The notes under the pieces were generated by a model. The model was not told the DNA's origin. It did no database searches and saw nothing but the letters and a program-made list of their open reading frames with translations. A DNA stretch of 64,000 nucleotides. It comes from an uncultured Acidobacteriota bacterium. Lineage in GTDB: Bacteria; Acidobacteriota; Thermoanaerobaculia; UBA5066; Gp7-AA6. The translations under genes were made by a program, and so were the position numbers. The DNA is taken from assembly GCA_963775725.1 (NCBI GenBank), contig CAVZKA010000001.1:740309-804308 (forward strand). Reading direction: 5' to 3'. Positions 17,666 to 27,279 of this stretch are shown in pieces. The number at the start of each line of letters is the position of its first letter. Positions within the stretch are counted from its first letter, which is position 1.

Positions 17666-20371
17666 ATGCGCATCGCACACTGGTGGTACACGGCGCCGCT
17701 GCGGTTGAAGTCGATCTTCCGCCGCCACCGGGTCGAGAACGAGCTCGACGAGGAGCTGCAGTTTCACCTCGATCACAAGATCGAGGAGGGCATCGCCGAG
17801 GGCCTCTCGCCGGAAGAGGCGCGGTATCGCGCGCTGCGCGCCATGGGCGGGCTCGATCAGAAGAAGGAAGAGATCCGCGACGCGCGGCGCGTCCACTGGC
17901 TGACGGACTTCCTGGACGACGTGCGCTACGCCGTGCGGAGCCTGCGTCGTACGCCCGGACTGACGGCGCTCGTGGTCGTCACGATCGCGCTCGGAATCGG
18001 GATGACGTCGACGCCTCTGAGCATGCTCGATGCGCTGATCTTCCGGCCGTACCCGGTGCCGCACCCGGGCGACGTGGTCACGCTCGTGAGCACGTCCCGC
18101 GACAACGGATTCGAGCCCTTCTCCTACCGCGAGTACCTCGACATCCGCGACCGGGCGAAGAGCTACGACGGCGTGATCGCGAACGCGCCGATCTCGACCG
18201 TCGGCTTCAGCGCCGAGCGCGACGCCACGCCCCTCGTCCGCGGCGGCATGCTGGTCTCCGGCAACTTCTTCCGCGTGCTCGGCGTCGAGCCGGCGGTCGG
18301 CCGCGGCTTCCGGCCGGACGAGGACGAGGCGCCCGGCCGCGACGCGGTCGTGGTCCTCTCGTGGGACTTCTGGCAGCTCGAGTTCGCGGGCGCCGGTTCG
18401 GCCGTCGGCCGGGTCGTGCGCCTGAACGGAAAAGAGTTCACGATCATCGGCGTGGCGCCGGAGACGTTCACCGGGCTGTATATCTTCGACCGCCCCGACC
18501 TCTACATTCCCCTCGCGATGGCGCGCGTGTTCTCGCCGGGCGCGACGAAGGACTTCTTCACGGATCGCGACGACCGCGGCCTGATGGTGCGGGGGCGCCT
18601 CGCGCGGGGGGCGACGCTGCGGCAGGCGCGGAACGAGCTCTCCGTGGTGGCGCGGGATTTCGAGCGCGAGTATCCGAAGGTGAACCGCGAGCGCGGCGCG
18701 GCCGTGCGCACGATGTTCCAGATGCGGACGCAGGACGCCGACCTCAACTGGAAGTTCAGCGTGATCTTCACGACGCTGGCGCTCGCCGTGCTGCTGGTCG
18801 CGTGCACGAACGCCGCCGGGCTCCTGCTCTCCCGCTCCCGGACGCGGACCCGGGAGATCGCCATACGGCTGGCGATCGGGGCGGGGCGCTTCCGGCTGAT
18901 CCGGCTTCTCCTGACGGAGAGCCTGGTGCTCGCGCTCGTCGGCGGCCTGGGCGGGATCGCGGTCGGATACCTGGGCATCCGCGCCATGCAGACCTTCTCC
19001 ATTCCGGCCGAGCTGCCGGTCAAGGTGCCATTCCGGATGGACGGGCGCATGCTCCTGGTCAGCCTCGTGCTGTCGGTTCTCTCCGCGCTCTTCTGCGGCC
19101 TCGCGCCGGCGCTGCAGAGCACGCACACGAACCTGGTGAGGGGCTTGAAGGCGACCGCCGGCGAGGAGTCCGGCGGAGGGCGCAGGCGCCTGTGGGGCCG
19201 GAACGCCCTCGTGGTGGCGCAGATCGCCATGTCGATGATGCTGCTGGCGGCCTGCTTCCTGATGGTCCGGGGGTTTCAGCACAGCATCGGGGAAGGCCCC
19301 GGCTATGCGACGGATCACCTGCTGATGGTCCGGTTCGACCCGCGCCTCGTGCAGTACGACGCGGCGAAGACGGAGCGCTTCTACGAGCAGCTGGCCGCGC
19401 GCGTTCGAGAGGCGCCGGGCGTCGTGAGCGCGGGATTCACCCGGAACCCTCCGCGCGCCCTGGGAGATTTCGACCGCGTGGCGTTCGTGCCGGAGGCGTT
19501 CCAGATGCCGCGCGACCGCCGCAGCCTGACGTCGACGATGGACACCGTCGACGAAGGGTTTTTCGAGACGATGGGCGTCCCGATCCTGCGCGGCCGCGGC
19601 TTCCGCGCGTCCGACACGGCGGCCGCGCCGCGGGTGGCCGTCGTCAACGAGCAGTTCGGCAAGCATTACTGGCCGGGCGCCGATCCGGTGGGCAAGCGCA
19701 TCCGGCTGGAAGGCGCGAATGGCGAACCGGTCGAGATCGTCGGCGTCGCCCGCACGATCAAGTACCGCGACGGGCCCAGCCACAGGGACGAGGATTTCGT
19801 CTACCTGCCGCTCGCGCAGCACCCCGTCGCGCGCATGGTCCTCCTGTTGAAGTCGAGCGGCGACCCGCTGCAGTTGGTCGGCCCCGTCAAGACGATCGTC
19901 CGCGCGCTCGACGCGAACATGCCGATGCTCGAGACGAGGACGTACGAGGACCTCTACCGCTACGGCACCGTGGAGGGGCCGCGCGTCGCCGTCCTGCTCG
20001 TCGGCACGATCGGCGCGGTGGGCCTTCTGCTCGCGATCGCCGGCCTGTACGGTCTCGTCGCGTACAACGTCAGCCGCCGGACGCGCGAGATCGGCATCCG
20101 CATCGCGATCGGCGCGACGCCCCGCGACGTCGTCCGCCTGATGATGGGCAAGGGCCTCGTTCTCGTCGGCGCCGGAGCGGCGATCGGCCTGGCGATGGGT
20201 ATCGGCCTCGAGCGATTCATGAACTCGATGCTGTTCGACGCGGGCGGAGTCGACCTCGTCGTCTACCTCGTCGTCGTGCCGGGGATGCTGCTGGTCACGA
20301 TGCTGGCCGCCTATCTCCCCGCGCGGCGCGCGACCCGGATCCCGCCGACCCTCGCGCTGCGCTGCGAATAG
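17666..20371 (+). CDS. ADOP-type duplicated FtsX/MacB-like ABC transporter permease
   Basis: From MRIAHWWYTAPLRLKSIFRR inside track ORF 17444..20371, ~900 aa. Two FtsX halves are present, each with 4 TM segments, and the protein directly follows a PadR gene (the Acidobacteria-type ADOP arrangement). Antisense ORFs 17564..19822 and 17683..20379 are spurious. Confidence 0.8.
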   Translation: MRIAHWWYTAPLRLKSIFRRHRVENELDEELQFHLDHKIEEGIAEGLSPEEARYRALRAMGGLDQKKEEIRDARRVHWLTDFLDDVRYAVRSLRRTPGLTALVVVTIALGIGMTSTPLSMLDALIFRPYPVPHPGDVVTLVSTSRDNGFEPFSYREYLDIRDRAKSYDGVIANAPISTVGFSAERDATPLVRGGMLVSGNFFRVLGVEPAVGRGFRPDEDEAPGRDAVVVLSWDFWQLEFAGAGSAVGRVVRLNGKEFTIIGVAPETFTGLYIFDRPDLYIPLAMARVFSPGATKDFFTDRDDRGLMVRGRLARGATLRQARNELSVVARDFEREYPKVNRERGAAVRTMFQMRTQDADLNWKFSVIFTTLALAVLLVACTNAAGLLLSRSRTRTREIAIRLAIGAGRFRLIRLLLTESLVLALVGGLGGIAVGYLGIRAMQTFSIPAELPVKVPFRMDGRMLLVSLVLSVLSALFCGLAPALQSTHTNLVRGLKATAGEESGGGRRRLWGRNALVVAQIAMSMMLLAACFLMVRGFQHSIGEGPGYATDHLLMVRFDPRLVQYDAAKTERFYEQLAARVREAPGVVSAGFTRNPPRALGDFDRVAFVPEAFQMPRDRRSLTSTMDTVDEGFFETMGVPILRGRGFRASDTAAAPRVAVVNEQFGKHYWPGADPVGKRIRLEGANGEPVEIVGVARTIKYRDGPSHRDEDFVYLPLAQHPVARMVLLLKSSGDPLQLVGPVKTIVRALDANMPMLETRTYEDLYRYGTVEGPRVAVLLVGTIGAVGLLLAIAGLYGLVAYNVSRRTREIGIRIAIGATPRDVVRLMMGKGLVLVGAGAAIGLAMGIGLERFMNSMLFDAGGVDLVVYLVVVPGMLLVTMLAAYLPARRATRIPPTLALRCE

Positions 20372-20375
20372 GGGA

Positions 20376-20750
20376 CTAGGTCTTCGCCGCCGGCTCCTGG
20401 TAGATGCCGAGGACGTTGCCGCCCGGGTCGCGGAACCGCGCGGTGATCTCGGGCGCGTCGACGCCGATGGGCTGCACGATCTCGCCGCCGTGCGCGACGA
20501 CCTTCCGGGCGGCGTCTGCCGCGTCGTCGACCATGACGTACACGATGAGGCCGGCTTCGCGGTGGGGGGGCCGGCCGGTCACGAAGGCGCCGCTGACTTC
20601 GCCGATGGCGTCGTCGAACGCCGTCGCTCCGTCCCCGCGCTTGCGCATCTTCCAGCCAAACACCGCCGCGTAGAAAGCGGCCGAGCGCGCGACGTCGGTC
20701 GCGGGGATCTCGACGTAGCAGATCTTGCCGTCGCCGTGGGTCGGTGGCAT
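20376..20750 (-). CDS. VOC/glyoxalase-fold protein
   Basis: KICYVEIPATDVARSAAFYAAVFGWKMRKRGDGATAFDD...GGNVLGIYQ. Confidence 0.7.
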   Translation of the reverse strand: MPPTHGDGKICYVEIPATDVARSAAFYAAVFGWKMRKRGDGATAFDDAIGEVSGAFVTGRPPHREAGLIVYVMVDDAADAARKVVAHGGEIVQPIGVDAPEITARFRDPGGNVLGIYQEPAAKT

Positions 20751-20831
20751 GGGAAGGATTGTACTGGTCCCGCCGGGCGGTCACCGGGGCCCGGCGTGAT
20801 TCTCGGCGTCGCGCGCCTGCCTTCCCCGTGT

Positions 20832-21191
20832 CTACTTCTTCGGCTGCCAGAGCCCGATGACCGCTCCCGTCGGGTCTTTGAAGATGCTCAGCCAGCCGAG
20901 CTCCGCCACCGGGATGACGTCCCGCAGGATCGTCGCGCCGAGGGATTTGGCCTTCGTCGTCGCGGTCTGGATGTCGTCGACGCCGACGTACGGCATCCAC
21001 GCCGACGGCGCCCCGGGCACCATCTGCTGCATGATCCCGCCGCCCGTGGCGCCGGCGACGCCGATGGTGGTGTAGACCATGCCCTCCATCGGGACGTCTT
21101 CGAGCTTCCAGTCGAAGAGCTTGCCGTAGAAAGCCTTAGCCTTGTCGACGTCCGTGGTGGCGAGTTCCGAATGCACGAATGCGTTTGCCAT
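20832..21191 (-). CDS. VOC/glyoxalase-fold protein
   Basis: C-terminal 119 aa of track ORF 20832..21884: MANAFVHSELATTDVDKAKAFYGKLFDWKLEDVP...DPTGAVIGLWQ. The upstream part of the track ORF is Arg/Pro-rich junk. Confidence 0.7.
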   Translation of the reverse strand: MANAFVHSELATTDVDKAKAFYGKLFDWKLEDVPMEGMVYTTIGVAGATGGGIMQQMVPGAPSAWMPYVGVDDIQTATTKAKSLGATILRDVIPVAELGWLSIFKDPTGAVIGLWQPKK

Positions 21192-21295
21192 GCAGGACCT
21201 CCATGCCTTTCTTTCGTGGAGGAGGGCCAAAATGTTTCCTCTGCCTGCGGGGAGAATTCCGTACACGGACTGGGCCAGTGAGGCGCGCGGCCGGC

Positions 21296-21766
21296 CTAGA
21301 CCCGTTCGACCCGGAGGTCGTAGCAGCCGGCCTGCGTGTCGCGGACGTGGAGGTAGTCCACGTCGTCGCGCTCGAGCAGCCGCAGGAGGGCGTCCTCGAC
21401 GCGGGCGCCGTCGGCGACGCGCTCCTCGGCCCGCTGCAGCCTCCCGCGCCCATACGCGACGACCGTCAGGTCGTGCGATAGCAGGTCCGCCGGAAAGCCG
21501 CCGTGCTCCGGATGCCGATCGCACTCGGTCTCGTGGATGAAGACCGGTCCGGGCAGTGGAAAGGGCTCGATGCCGTGGAAGGGATCGAGCGTGAAGAGCA
21601 GGCGCCGGTCGACGCCGACGCGAAAGTCGCGCAGGCAGAGGCGGCAGGGACCGTAGCCCGTCGCGACCTCCGCGTGGACGGGGTGTCCGTACCCCGGCGA
21701 CGTGCGTGCGCTGCGCACTTTTTCCGCGAGCGCTTCGCTGATCGCCACGATCCGGAATGCCGTCAT
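21296..21766 (-). CDS. DUF1203-like hypothetical protein
   Basis: From MTAFRIVAISEALAEKVRS inside track ORF 21296..21943. ~156 aa with balanced composition. Confidence 0.45.
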   Translation of the reverse strand: MTAFRIVAISEALAEKVRSARTSPGYGHPVHAEVATGYGPCRLCLRDFRVGVDRRLLFTLDPFHGIEPFPLPGPVFIHETECDRHPEHGGFPADLLSHDLTVVAYGRGRLQRAEERVADGARVEDALLRLLERDDVDYLHVRDTQAGCYDLRVERV

Positions 21767-21858
21767 GCGCGCCTCCTCGTCTCTTTCCCGCAAAACACGT
21801 CCGCGCCGCGAAAGGTTGCGATTCGCGTGCGATAATCGCGTTTGATCGCCGCCTCCCG

Positions 21859-22392
21859 ATGAGCACGAAAAGACACGTCCCCACCGAGCCGTCCGAGCCG
21901 TTCCCGGCCGACGAGATCGAGGAGTACCACTCGCCGGAGCCATGGACGCAGGACGGCCGCTACATCCGGGACGCGAAGCAGGCGATCGTCGTCCGCGGAC
22001 GGACGCTGGCCGACGCCCGGCGGATCGTCGCCGCGATCAACGCCACCCGCGACATTCCGACGGATGCGCTCGAGCACTGGCTGGTCCAGGACGTTTCGGA
22101 CCCGGTTGGCCGGCCGGACCTCGAGATCGCGATCAACGACGAGGTCGACCATTCGCCCTTCGCCGTGCCGCCGCCCGACGGCGTTCCGGCGCTCGATCCG
22201 GTCGAGATTCCGGCCCCGGCCGCGCAGGCCGGGCCCGAATCCTGGCCGTACACTCTGACCGCCCCCGAGCGCCGGCGGCGCGACCGCCGCCGCGGCGAGC
22301 GCCGGTCGCCCGGGTCCTCGGCCGGGCTCGACGACCTCCTCTTCGACCGCCGCGTCATGGAACGCCGGTTCGGCGAGCGTCGGGGCCGCTGA
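21859..22392 (+). CDS. Hypothetical protein
   Basis: From MSTKRHVPTEPSEPFPADEIEEYHSPEPW. It has a diverse, acidic composition (…ADARRIVAAINATRDIPTDALEHWLVQD…), unlike the overlapping antisense ORF 21763..22524, which is Ala/Arg/Gly-rich. Confidence 0.35.
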   Translation: MSTKRHVPTEPSEPFPADEIEEYHSPEPWTQDGRYIRDAKQAIVVRGRTLADARRIVAAINATRDIPTDALEHWLVQDVSDPVGRPDLEIAINDEVDHSPFAVPPPDGVPALDPVEIPAPAAQAGPESWPYTLTAPERRRRDRRRGERRSPGSSAGLDDLLFDRRVMERRFGERRGR

Positions 22393-22468
22393 GCGTCCGC
22401 TTTCGCCGCTTTTGTCGAGCTCTTCACCGACGGCTGGAATCGCAACGAACGCAATCAGAGGAGACCGA

Positions 22469-22891
22469 ATGCGAAAGATCGTGACCCGCTTCGTGCCGAT
22501 GGCCTTGCTCGCGCTCGCGCTCACCGTCCCGGCCCGCGCGGCCCAGGACGCGACCGCGAGCCCGCAGGCAAAGGCGTACCAGGGCCTCCTGAAGGCGGTG
22601 GCCGCCGGCGACTACGTCGCTTACAAGAAGTGCATGACGAAGGCCGCCAACGAGGGGATCGAGAAGCAGACGAAGGAGATGAAGCTCGACCCGAAGAAAG
22701 TCATGGGCATGCTGCAGGCCATGACGCCGACGGACATCAAGTACACGTCCGTGAAGGTCGAAGGCAAGAAGGCCGTCCTCGACGCGACCGGCAAGGTCGG
22801 CGGCGAGGCCAACTGGGGCACGATCAACCTCGAAGAGGAAGACGGCCAGTGGAAGATCGGCCAGCAGAGCTGGACGAATACGAAGAAGTAG
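22469..22891 (+). CDS. Secreted Lys-rich hypothetical protein (DUF4878-like)
   Basis: From MRKIVTRFVPMALLALALTVPARAAQ, a signal peptide, with GAGGAG ~6 nt upstream. Mature part ~115 aa. Confidence 0.5.
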   Translation: MRKIVTRFVPMALLALALTVPARAAQDATASPQAKAYQGLLKAVAAGDYVAYKKCMTKAANEGIEKQTKEMKLDPKKVMGMLQAMTPTDIKYTSVKVEGKKAVLDATGKVGGEANWGTINLEEEDGQWKIGQQSWTNTKK

Positions 22892-22978
22892 TGTCGTAAC
22901 GGGGCGGGCGCCATCGAGAGGGCCTACTCCGCTCTCCCGGCGGGGGAGGGTTCGCATTTTGGCTTGTTCGCGTCGACC

Positions 22979-24439
22979 TCAGCGAATTCGCCTCAATACG
23001 TTGCCATGGCGGACGTACCGCACCGGGCGGCCGTCCGCCCCCATTTCGAACACCACTTCTTCGCCGAGCGTGTCGTCCTTGCGGATCCGCCGGAACCGGT
23101 GCTCGCCGGTTTTCTTGAACCGCTCGAGGTCCTTCAGGGGTTTCATCGTCGGCAGCTCCAGCATCGCGATCCCGTCCTCCCACGGCAGGACGACGACCTC
23201 GCCCGCCCAGGGCTGCGCGTCGTAGGTCCCCGCGTAGGCGCGCAGCGACGCGTCCGGCGTCTTTCCCTTGCCCGGCTCCTTGACGGCGGCCGCGACCCCA
23301 GGCGCCACGAGGTCGTAGAGCTTCTGCGCCCAGTCCTGCGCGTCGAGACTCTGCGCGTTCGAGAGGAACACCGTCGCGATGCGGTCGGGCCGGCTGATGA
23401 GCAGAGCCGAGCGGAACCCCGGACAACTCCCGTCGTGGCCGACGAACGTCTTGTCGCCGCTCCTCCAGATGTGGAACCCGAGGCCCCAGAGCGTGTCGAA
23501 GTCGGGCTCGGCCCAGTGGATGCGCTGCATCTCGCGCAGCGTCGTCGCCTTGAGAACTTCGGTGCCGCCCTTCTCGAGCAGGCGGAACTGCCACGACGCG
23601 AAGCGGCCGAGGTCCGAGACGTCGGACGCGTAGCCCGCGGCGGGCGCGACGCCGTTGATCGTGAAGAACGGAAGCGGCTGGCGCTTGCCCTCGCGGTCGC
23701 GCGAGGAATACCCGACGGCGAGGCGTTTGCCGCGCTCGGCCGCCGGAATCTCGGGCGTGGTGCTCGTCATCCCGAGGGGAGAGAGGACCTTCTCCTCCGC
23801 GTACGCGGCGTAGGGCTGCCCGGACGTCGCCGCGACGGTCTCGCCGAGAAGCGTGAAGCCGATGTTCGAATACTGGAAGTTCGACTCGGGCGCGTAGAGC
23901 GCCTCGAGGGTCGGGACCTTCGCCACGATCTGCTCGTGCGTCGGGAACGCAAAGTCGGGCGCCGACCAGTACGCGATGCCGGGCTCCTGCGGCAGGCCCG
24001 AGGCGTGCGTCAGCAGGCCTTCGATCGTCACGTCGCCTTCGCCCTCCGTGCGTTTCAGGTGGAACCACGAGAGGTGCTTGCCGACCGGATCGTCCAGGCG
24101 CAGCCTGCCCGCGTCGCGCTGCTGCATCACGGCGACGCTCGTGAAGAGCTTGGAGATCGAGCAGATGCTGTAGAGCGTGTCCGCCGCCGCCGGCCGGCCG
24201 TCGGAAACGTCCGCCTGCCCGAAGCCCCCCTCCCAGAGCAGTTCCTGGTCGTGGACGATCGCGACCGAGATGCCGGGGATCCGCTCGTACGCGCGCTCGG
24301 CCTCCAGCCAGGCGCGCGCGAGCTCGAGTGCCGAGGCGACGCGGGGATCCTGCGCGAGGAGCGCGGGCGCGTTCTGTCCGCGCGCGGCGGCCGCGGCGAG
24401 CAGAGCGAGGGCGGCGAGGGTCGGTCGGCGCAAACTCAT
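22979..24439 (-). CDS. Beta-lactamase-fold serine hydrolase (class C / DD-peptidase-like)
   Basis: C-terminal 486 aa of track ORF 22979..26161. Signal peptide MSLRRPTLAALALLAAAAARGQ. SxxK motif in TLYSICSISKLFTSVAVM, plus YSNIGF and HDGS. Confidence 0.8.
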   Translation of the reverse strand: MSLRRPTLAALALLAAAAARGQNAPALLAQDPRVASALELARAWLEAERAYERIPGISVAIVHDQELLWEGGFGQADVSDGRPAAADTLYSICSISKLFTSVAVMQQRDAGRLRLDDPVGKHLSWFHLKRTEGEGDVTIEGLLTHASGLPQEPGIAYWSAPDFAFPTHEQIVAKVPTLEALYAPESNFQYSNIGFTLLGETVAATSGQPYAAYAEEKVLSPLGMTSTTPEIPAAERGKRLAVGYSSRDREGKRQPLPFFTINGVAPAAGYASDVSDLGRFASWQFRLLEKGGTEVLKATTLREMQRIHWAEPDFDTLWGLGFHIWRSGDKTFVGHDGSCPGFRSALLISRPDRIATVFLSNAQSLDAQDWAQKLYDLVAPGVAAAVKEPGKGKTPDASLRAYAGTYDAQPWAGEVVVLPWEDGIAMLELPTMKPLKDLERFKKTGEHRFRRIRKDDTLGEEVVFEMGADGRPVRYVRHGNVLRRIR

Positions 24440-25293
24440 CGCTCGCCCACGTCCACCATGTCCGTGTGGACGAGCCAGGCGCCGTTTTCCCGCCGCAGGA
24501 GGGCCTCGCCGTAGAGATGGTCGATGAACGTGTTGCTGCCGGTGAAGAGCACCACGGCGCGGTCGCCGTTCACGAAGCCGCCGCCCACCCGGATGGTCTT
24601 CAGCATCGTGTGCTGGTCGTGCCAGAGGAACTCGATCCAACCGTCGAGGTCGCCGTCCTTCTCGTCTTTCGCCCACTGCGCCTTCATGTCGGCGTCGAGC
24701 AGAGCGTAGATGGCTTTCTTGTCCCGGGCCTCGAGGGCCGCGTGGTACGCGAGCCAGGCCTTGCCCGGCGCGCCGCCGTCTTTCGGGAGGGGATCGCCCC
24801 AGGTCTTCGGCGGCATTGGGACGTCGAAGGTCACGTCGAACTCGCGGTCGTCGTCCCTGTAGGAGACCGTTCCGGCCAGCCGCCCGCCGGCGGCCTTGAC
24901 CGTCGACTTCACCTTGGAGTCGTAGCAGAAGCCGCAGCCGTCGCCCGATTCGAAGTAGTAGGAGAGGCCGGTGTACTTGCCGCTCGGGTCGAACTCGAAA
25001 TTCACGACCTTCACGTCCTCGTCCGCGAAACGGTCGTTGATCGCGCCGGCCTTGTCGTAGAAGGCGTCGAGGGCCGAGGCATGGAACCCGGCGTTGGAGA
25101 CTGCCACGCGGATGACGGGATCGTCGCCGAAACCGCCCGTCCTGCCCCAGTAGGCGTACGCGCCCGCGATCTCGAGCTTGAACCGCTTGTCCTCGAACTT
25201 GCCGGAGGCCGTCGCGGGTGCGGCGGACCCGGCGGCCAGGACGGCGGCGACGCACAGGAGGGCCAGAGCGGCCAGGGCGAGCCTTCGAGCCAT
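24436..25293 (-). CDS. Secreted hypothetical protein, coupled upstream of the serine hydrolase
   Basis: Track ORF. Signal peptide MARRLALAALALLCVAAVLAAGSAAPATA. Its stop overlaps the start of 22979..24439 (ATGA). Confidence 0.55.
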   Translation of the reverse strand: MARRLALAALALLCVAAVLAAGSAAPATASGKFEDKRFKLEIAGAYAYWGRTGGFGDDPVIRVAVSNAGFHASALDAFYDKAGAINDRFADEDVKVVNFEFDPSGKYTGLSYYFESGDGCGFCYDSKVKSTVKAAGGRLAGTVSYRDDDREFDVTFDVPMPPKTWGDPLPKDGGAPGKAWLAYHAALEARDKKAIYALLDADMKAQWAKDEKDGDLDGWIEFLWHDQHTMLKTIRVGGGFVNGDRAVVLFTGSNTFIDHLYGEALLRRENGAWLVHTDMVDVGER

Positions 25294-25351
25294 GGAACCT
25301 CCGTTCAGGGATTCTGGTGCGGGGATTGTATTCCTGACATAACCTACGCGC

Positions 25352-26170
25352 GTGAAACGCCTGATCGACCTGACGGTCGAGGACCTCGTCGCCAGCCTCG
25401 TCTGGCGCTACGAGGGCGGCAGCGGCGCCGACGCCCTGGTCTCGCCGACCGACCGCACCACGCTGTCCCAGGCCGACGACGAGATCTTCCTCGCGGCGAC
25501 CGAGTTCGAGCTCTTCGACGCGACGCGGCACGGCGGCTTCTGCTTCCCGGCCGAGAGCGGCGGCGTGGATTACCTGCAGCCCGTCGTCCTGACGCCAACC
25601 GGCCCCGTCTCGTTCTGGTTCGACGACCCGCCGCCGGAGCAGGTTCTGTCGGAGCAGTGGAGGGCGCTTGCCCGGGAGCACGCCGCCATCTTCCCGATCG
25701 CGTTCCGCTGCCTCGTCCCGGTGGACGAGCGCATGGTCACCGGCCGGATCGACCGCGTGGAATTTCCGCGCGAGGCGCCGGCCACGGCCGCGACGGCGAA
25801 GAGCGATCCGCCCGCGACCCCGCGACGCGGCGCAATCGGAAAGCAGCAGACTCGAACCATCCGGCGCCGCAAGGCGGAGATGACCGTCGAATTCAGCCAG
25901 GGCGCGATGCAGGGCGCCGGCGTGACCGGCGACATCTCGCGCCGCGGCATGTTCGTGCGCTCGAACCTCGCGCCGGGGACCGGACCCGTGGTGCGGCTGA
26001 CCGTCAATCTTCCGGGCGGACGCAAGCTCGCGCTGACCGGTCGGGTCGTGCGCAACGTCCAGAGCGCGCCGACCGCGCGGACGGCGCCGGGCTTCGGCCT
26101 GCGCCTGGTGGACGACTGGCCGGAGTACGACGAGATCTTCGGCCGCCCGCACGTTCCCCACAAGAAGTAG
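25352..26170 (+). CDS. PilZ-domain protein with an N-terminal domain of unknown function
   Basis: GTG start. The C-terminus RRRKAEMTVEFSQ...GDISRRGMFVRSNLAPGTGPVVRLTVNLPGGRKLALTGRVVRN shows the RxxxR and D/NxSxxG PilZ c-di-GMP binding signatures. The N-terminal ~170 aa match no known family. Confidence 0.6.
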   Translation: MKRLIDLTVEDLVASLVWRYEGGSGADALVSPTDRTTLSQADDEIFLAATEFELFDATRHGGFCFPAESGGVDYLQPVVLTPTGPVSFWFDDPPPEQVLSEQWRALAREHAAIFPIAFRCLVPVDERMVTGRIDRVEFPREAPATAATAKSDPPATPRRGAIGKQQTRTIRRRKAEMTVEFSQGAMQGAGVTGDISRRGMFVRSNLAPGTGPVVRLTVNLPGGRKLALTGRVVRNVQSAPTARTAPGFGLRLVDDWPEYDEIFGRPHVPHKK

Positions 26171-26188
26171 CCCTTAGGAGGAGCTCCC

Positions 26189-26674
26189 ATGAAGAACGCC
26201 CGCGAATTTTTCGTCGAATCTTTCAAGGCCGAGAAACCGAAGTTCCTGAGCGTCCTGCGGGCCGTGCCCGGCGACAAGACGGCCTACCGCCCCCACGAAA
26301 AGTGCAGCAGCGCCGGCGACATCGTCTGGCTCGTGGCGAGGGAGTGGGGCGACGCCTGCGAGGTCATCGACCACGGTAAGGTGAACTTCGCCGTGAAGCC
26401 CGCGCCGGCGAAGGTCCAGGACTCGGTCGCCACGTTCGAGAAGAACGCGGCGGAGATCGAGAAGCGGCTGGACAAGCTGGACGACGCCGCGTGGGATCGC
26501 AACGCCCAGTTCCTGATGGACGGCAAGGTCGTGTGGGAAGCGCCTCTTGGCGGGATGCTCTATGGCTTCCTCTTCGACGCGATCCACCACCGCGGCCAGC
26601 TCTCGAGCTACCTGCGCCCGATGGGCGCGAAGGTGCCCTCGATCTACGGGCCGTCGGCCGACGAGAATGGTTAG
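26189..26674 (+). CDS. DinB/YfiT-like (DinB_2) family protein
   Basis: AGGAGG RBS. Conserved His triad of the DinB_2 helical bundle: H..AIHHRGQLSSYLR. Confidence 0.7.
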   Translation: MKNAREFFVESFKAEKPKFLSVLRAVPGDKTAYRPHEKCSSAGDIVWLVAREWGDACEVIDHGKVNFAVKPAPAKVQDSVATFEKNAAEIEKRLDKLDDAAWDRNAQFLMDGKVVWEAPLGGMLYGFLFDAIHHRGQLSSYLRPMGAKVPSIYGPSADENG

Positions 26675-26680
26675 ACAGAC

Positions 26681-27277
26681 CTAGTCGTTCACCCGGCGCT
26701 GGTACTTCCAGTTGCGCGTCTTGCCCTCGGCGATCCAGCCGGCGGCGAAGCCGAGGCGCTTGTCGCGCGTGGCGTCGGTCTTCGCCTCGAGGATCCACTC
26801 GGAGTATTCGCGCCGCTGGCTCGGGCTCAGTTTTCGGAATCCTGCGGCCGCGCCCGCCTTTTTCTTCAGCGCGGCGGTCAGCGACGCGGGAACCGGCAGC
26901 GGCTTCTTCGCCTTGCGGACGGGGCCGAGCCTGACGCCGTCGTCGGCGAGCTTCTTAGCCTGGCGCACGTAGCCGACGATCACGGAGTCCGGCGGCAGGT
27001 CCGAGAGCTTCGTGATGCAGCCGAACTGGCCCATCGCTCCCTCGCTGCGCTTCAGGTTCATCGCCCGGTTCCAGAAGCCGAAGGTGCAGTGCTCCTTGAA
27101 GGCCGCCATCCCGCAGAAGATGCCGCCGTAGTCGAAGTGCGGCATGCCCCACTTGATCCCCTCGACGACGGGCGGGCAGCCCGTGTGCACGAGCTTGCGC
27201 AGGCGCGTCAGGATCGGCCGGGCGAACGGAGCGGATCTGGCGATGTAGGCGTCGACGCGGGGGTCCTTCCTGCCCAT
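26681..27277 (-). CDS. DUF1801 (YdhG/YdeI-like) domain protein
   Basis: C-terminal ~198 aa of track ORF 26681..27661, starting M(NM)GRKDPRVDAYIARSAPFARPILTRLRKLVH with AAAGGAG upstream. The start could be 27277 or 27283. Confidence 0.6.
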   Translation of the reverse strand: MGRKDPRVDAYIARSAPFARPILTRLRKLVHTGCPPVVEGIKWGMPHFDYGGIFCGMAAFKEHCTFGFWNRAMNLKRSEGAMGQFGCITKLSDLPPDSVIVGYVRQAKKLADDGVRLGPVRKAKKPLPVPASLTAALKKKAGAAAGFRKLSPSQRREYSEWILEAKTDATRDKRLGFAAGWIAEGKTRNWKYQRRVND

Positions 27278-27279
27278 GT

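Noticed and set aside
17564-20379. Long ORFs 17564..19822 (-, 752 aa) and 17683..20379 (+, 898 aa) overlapping the ADOP permease
   Set aside because: Arg/Gly/Pro-dominated, no domains, in alternative frames of an 900-aa gene with clear FtsX topology. Typical GC-rich frame noise.
22979-26161. 1060-aa minus-strand ORF 22979..26161 as a single gene
   Set aside because: Only the lowest 486 codons (serine hydrolase with its own signal peptide) are protein-like. The upstream part is antisense to the PilZ gene and out of frame with the real upstream gene 24436..25293.
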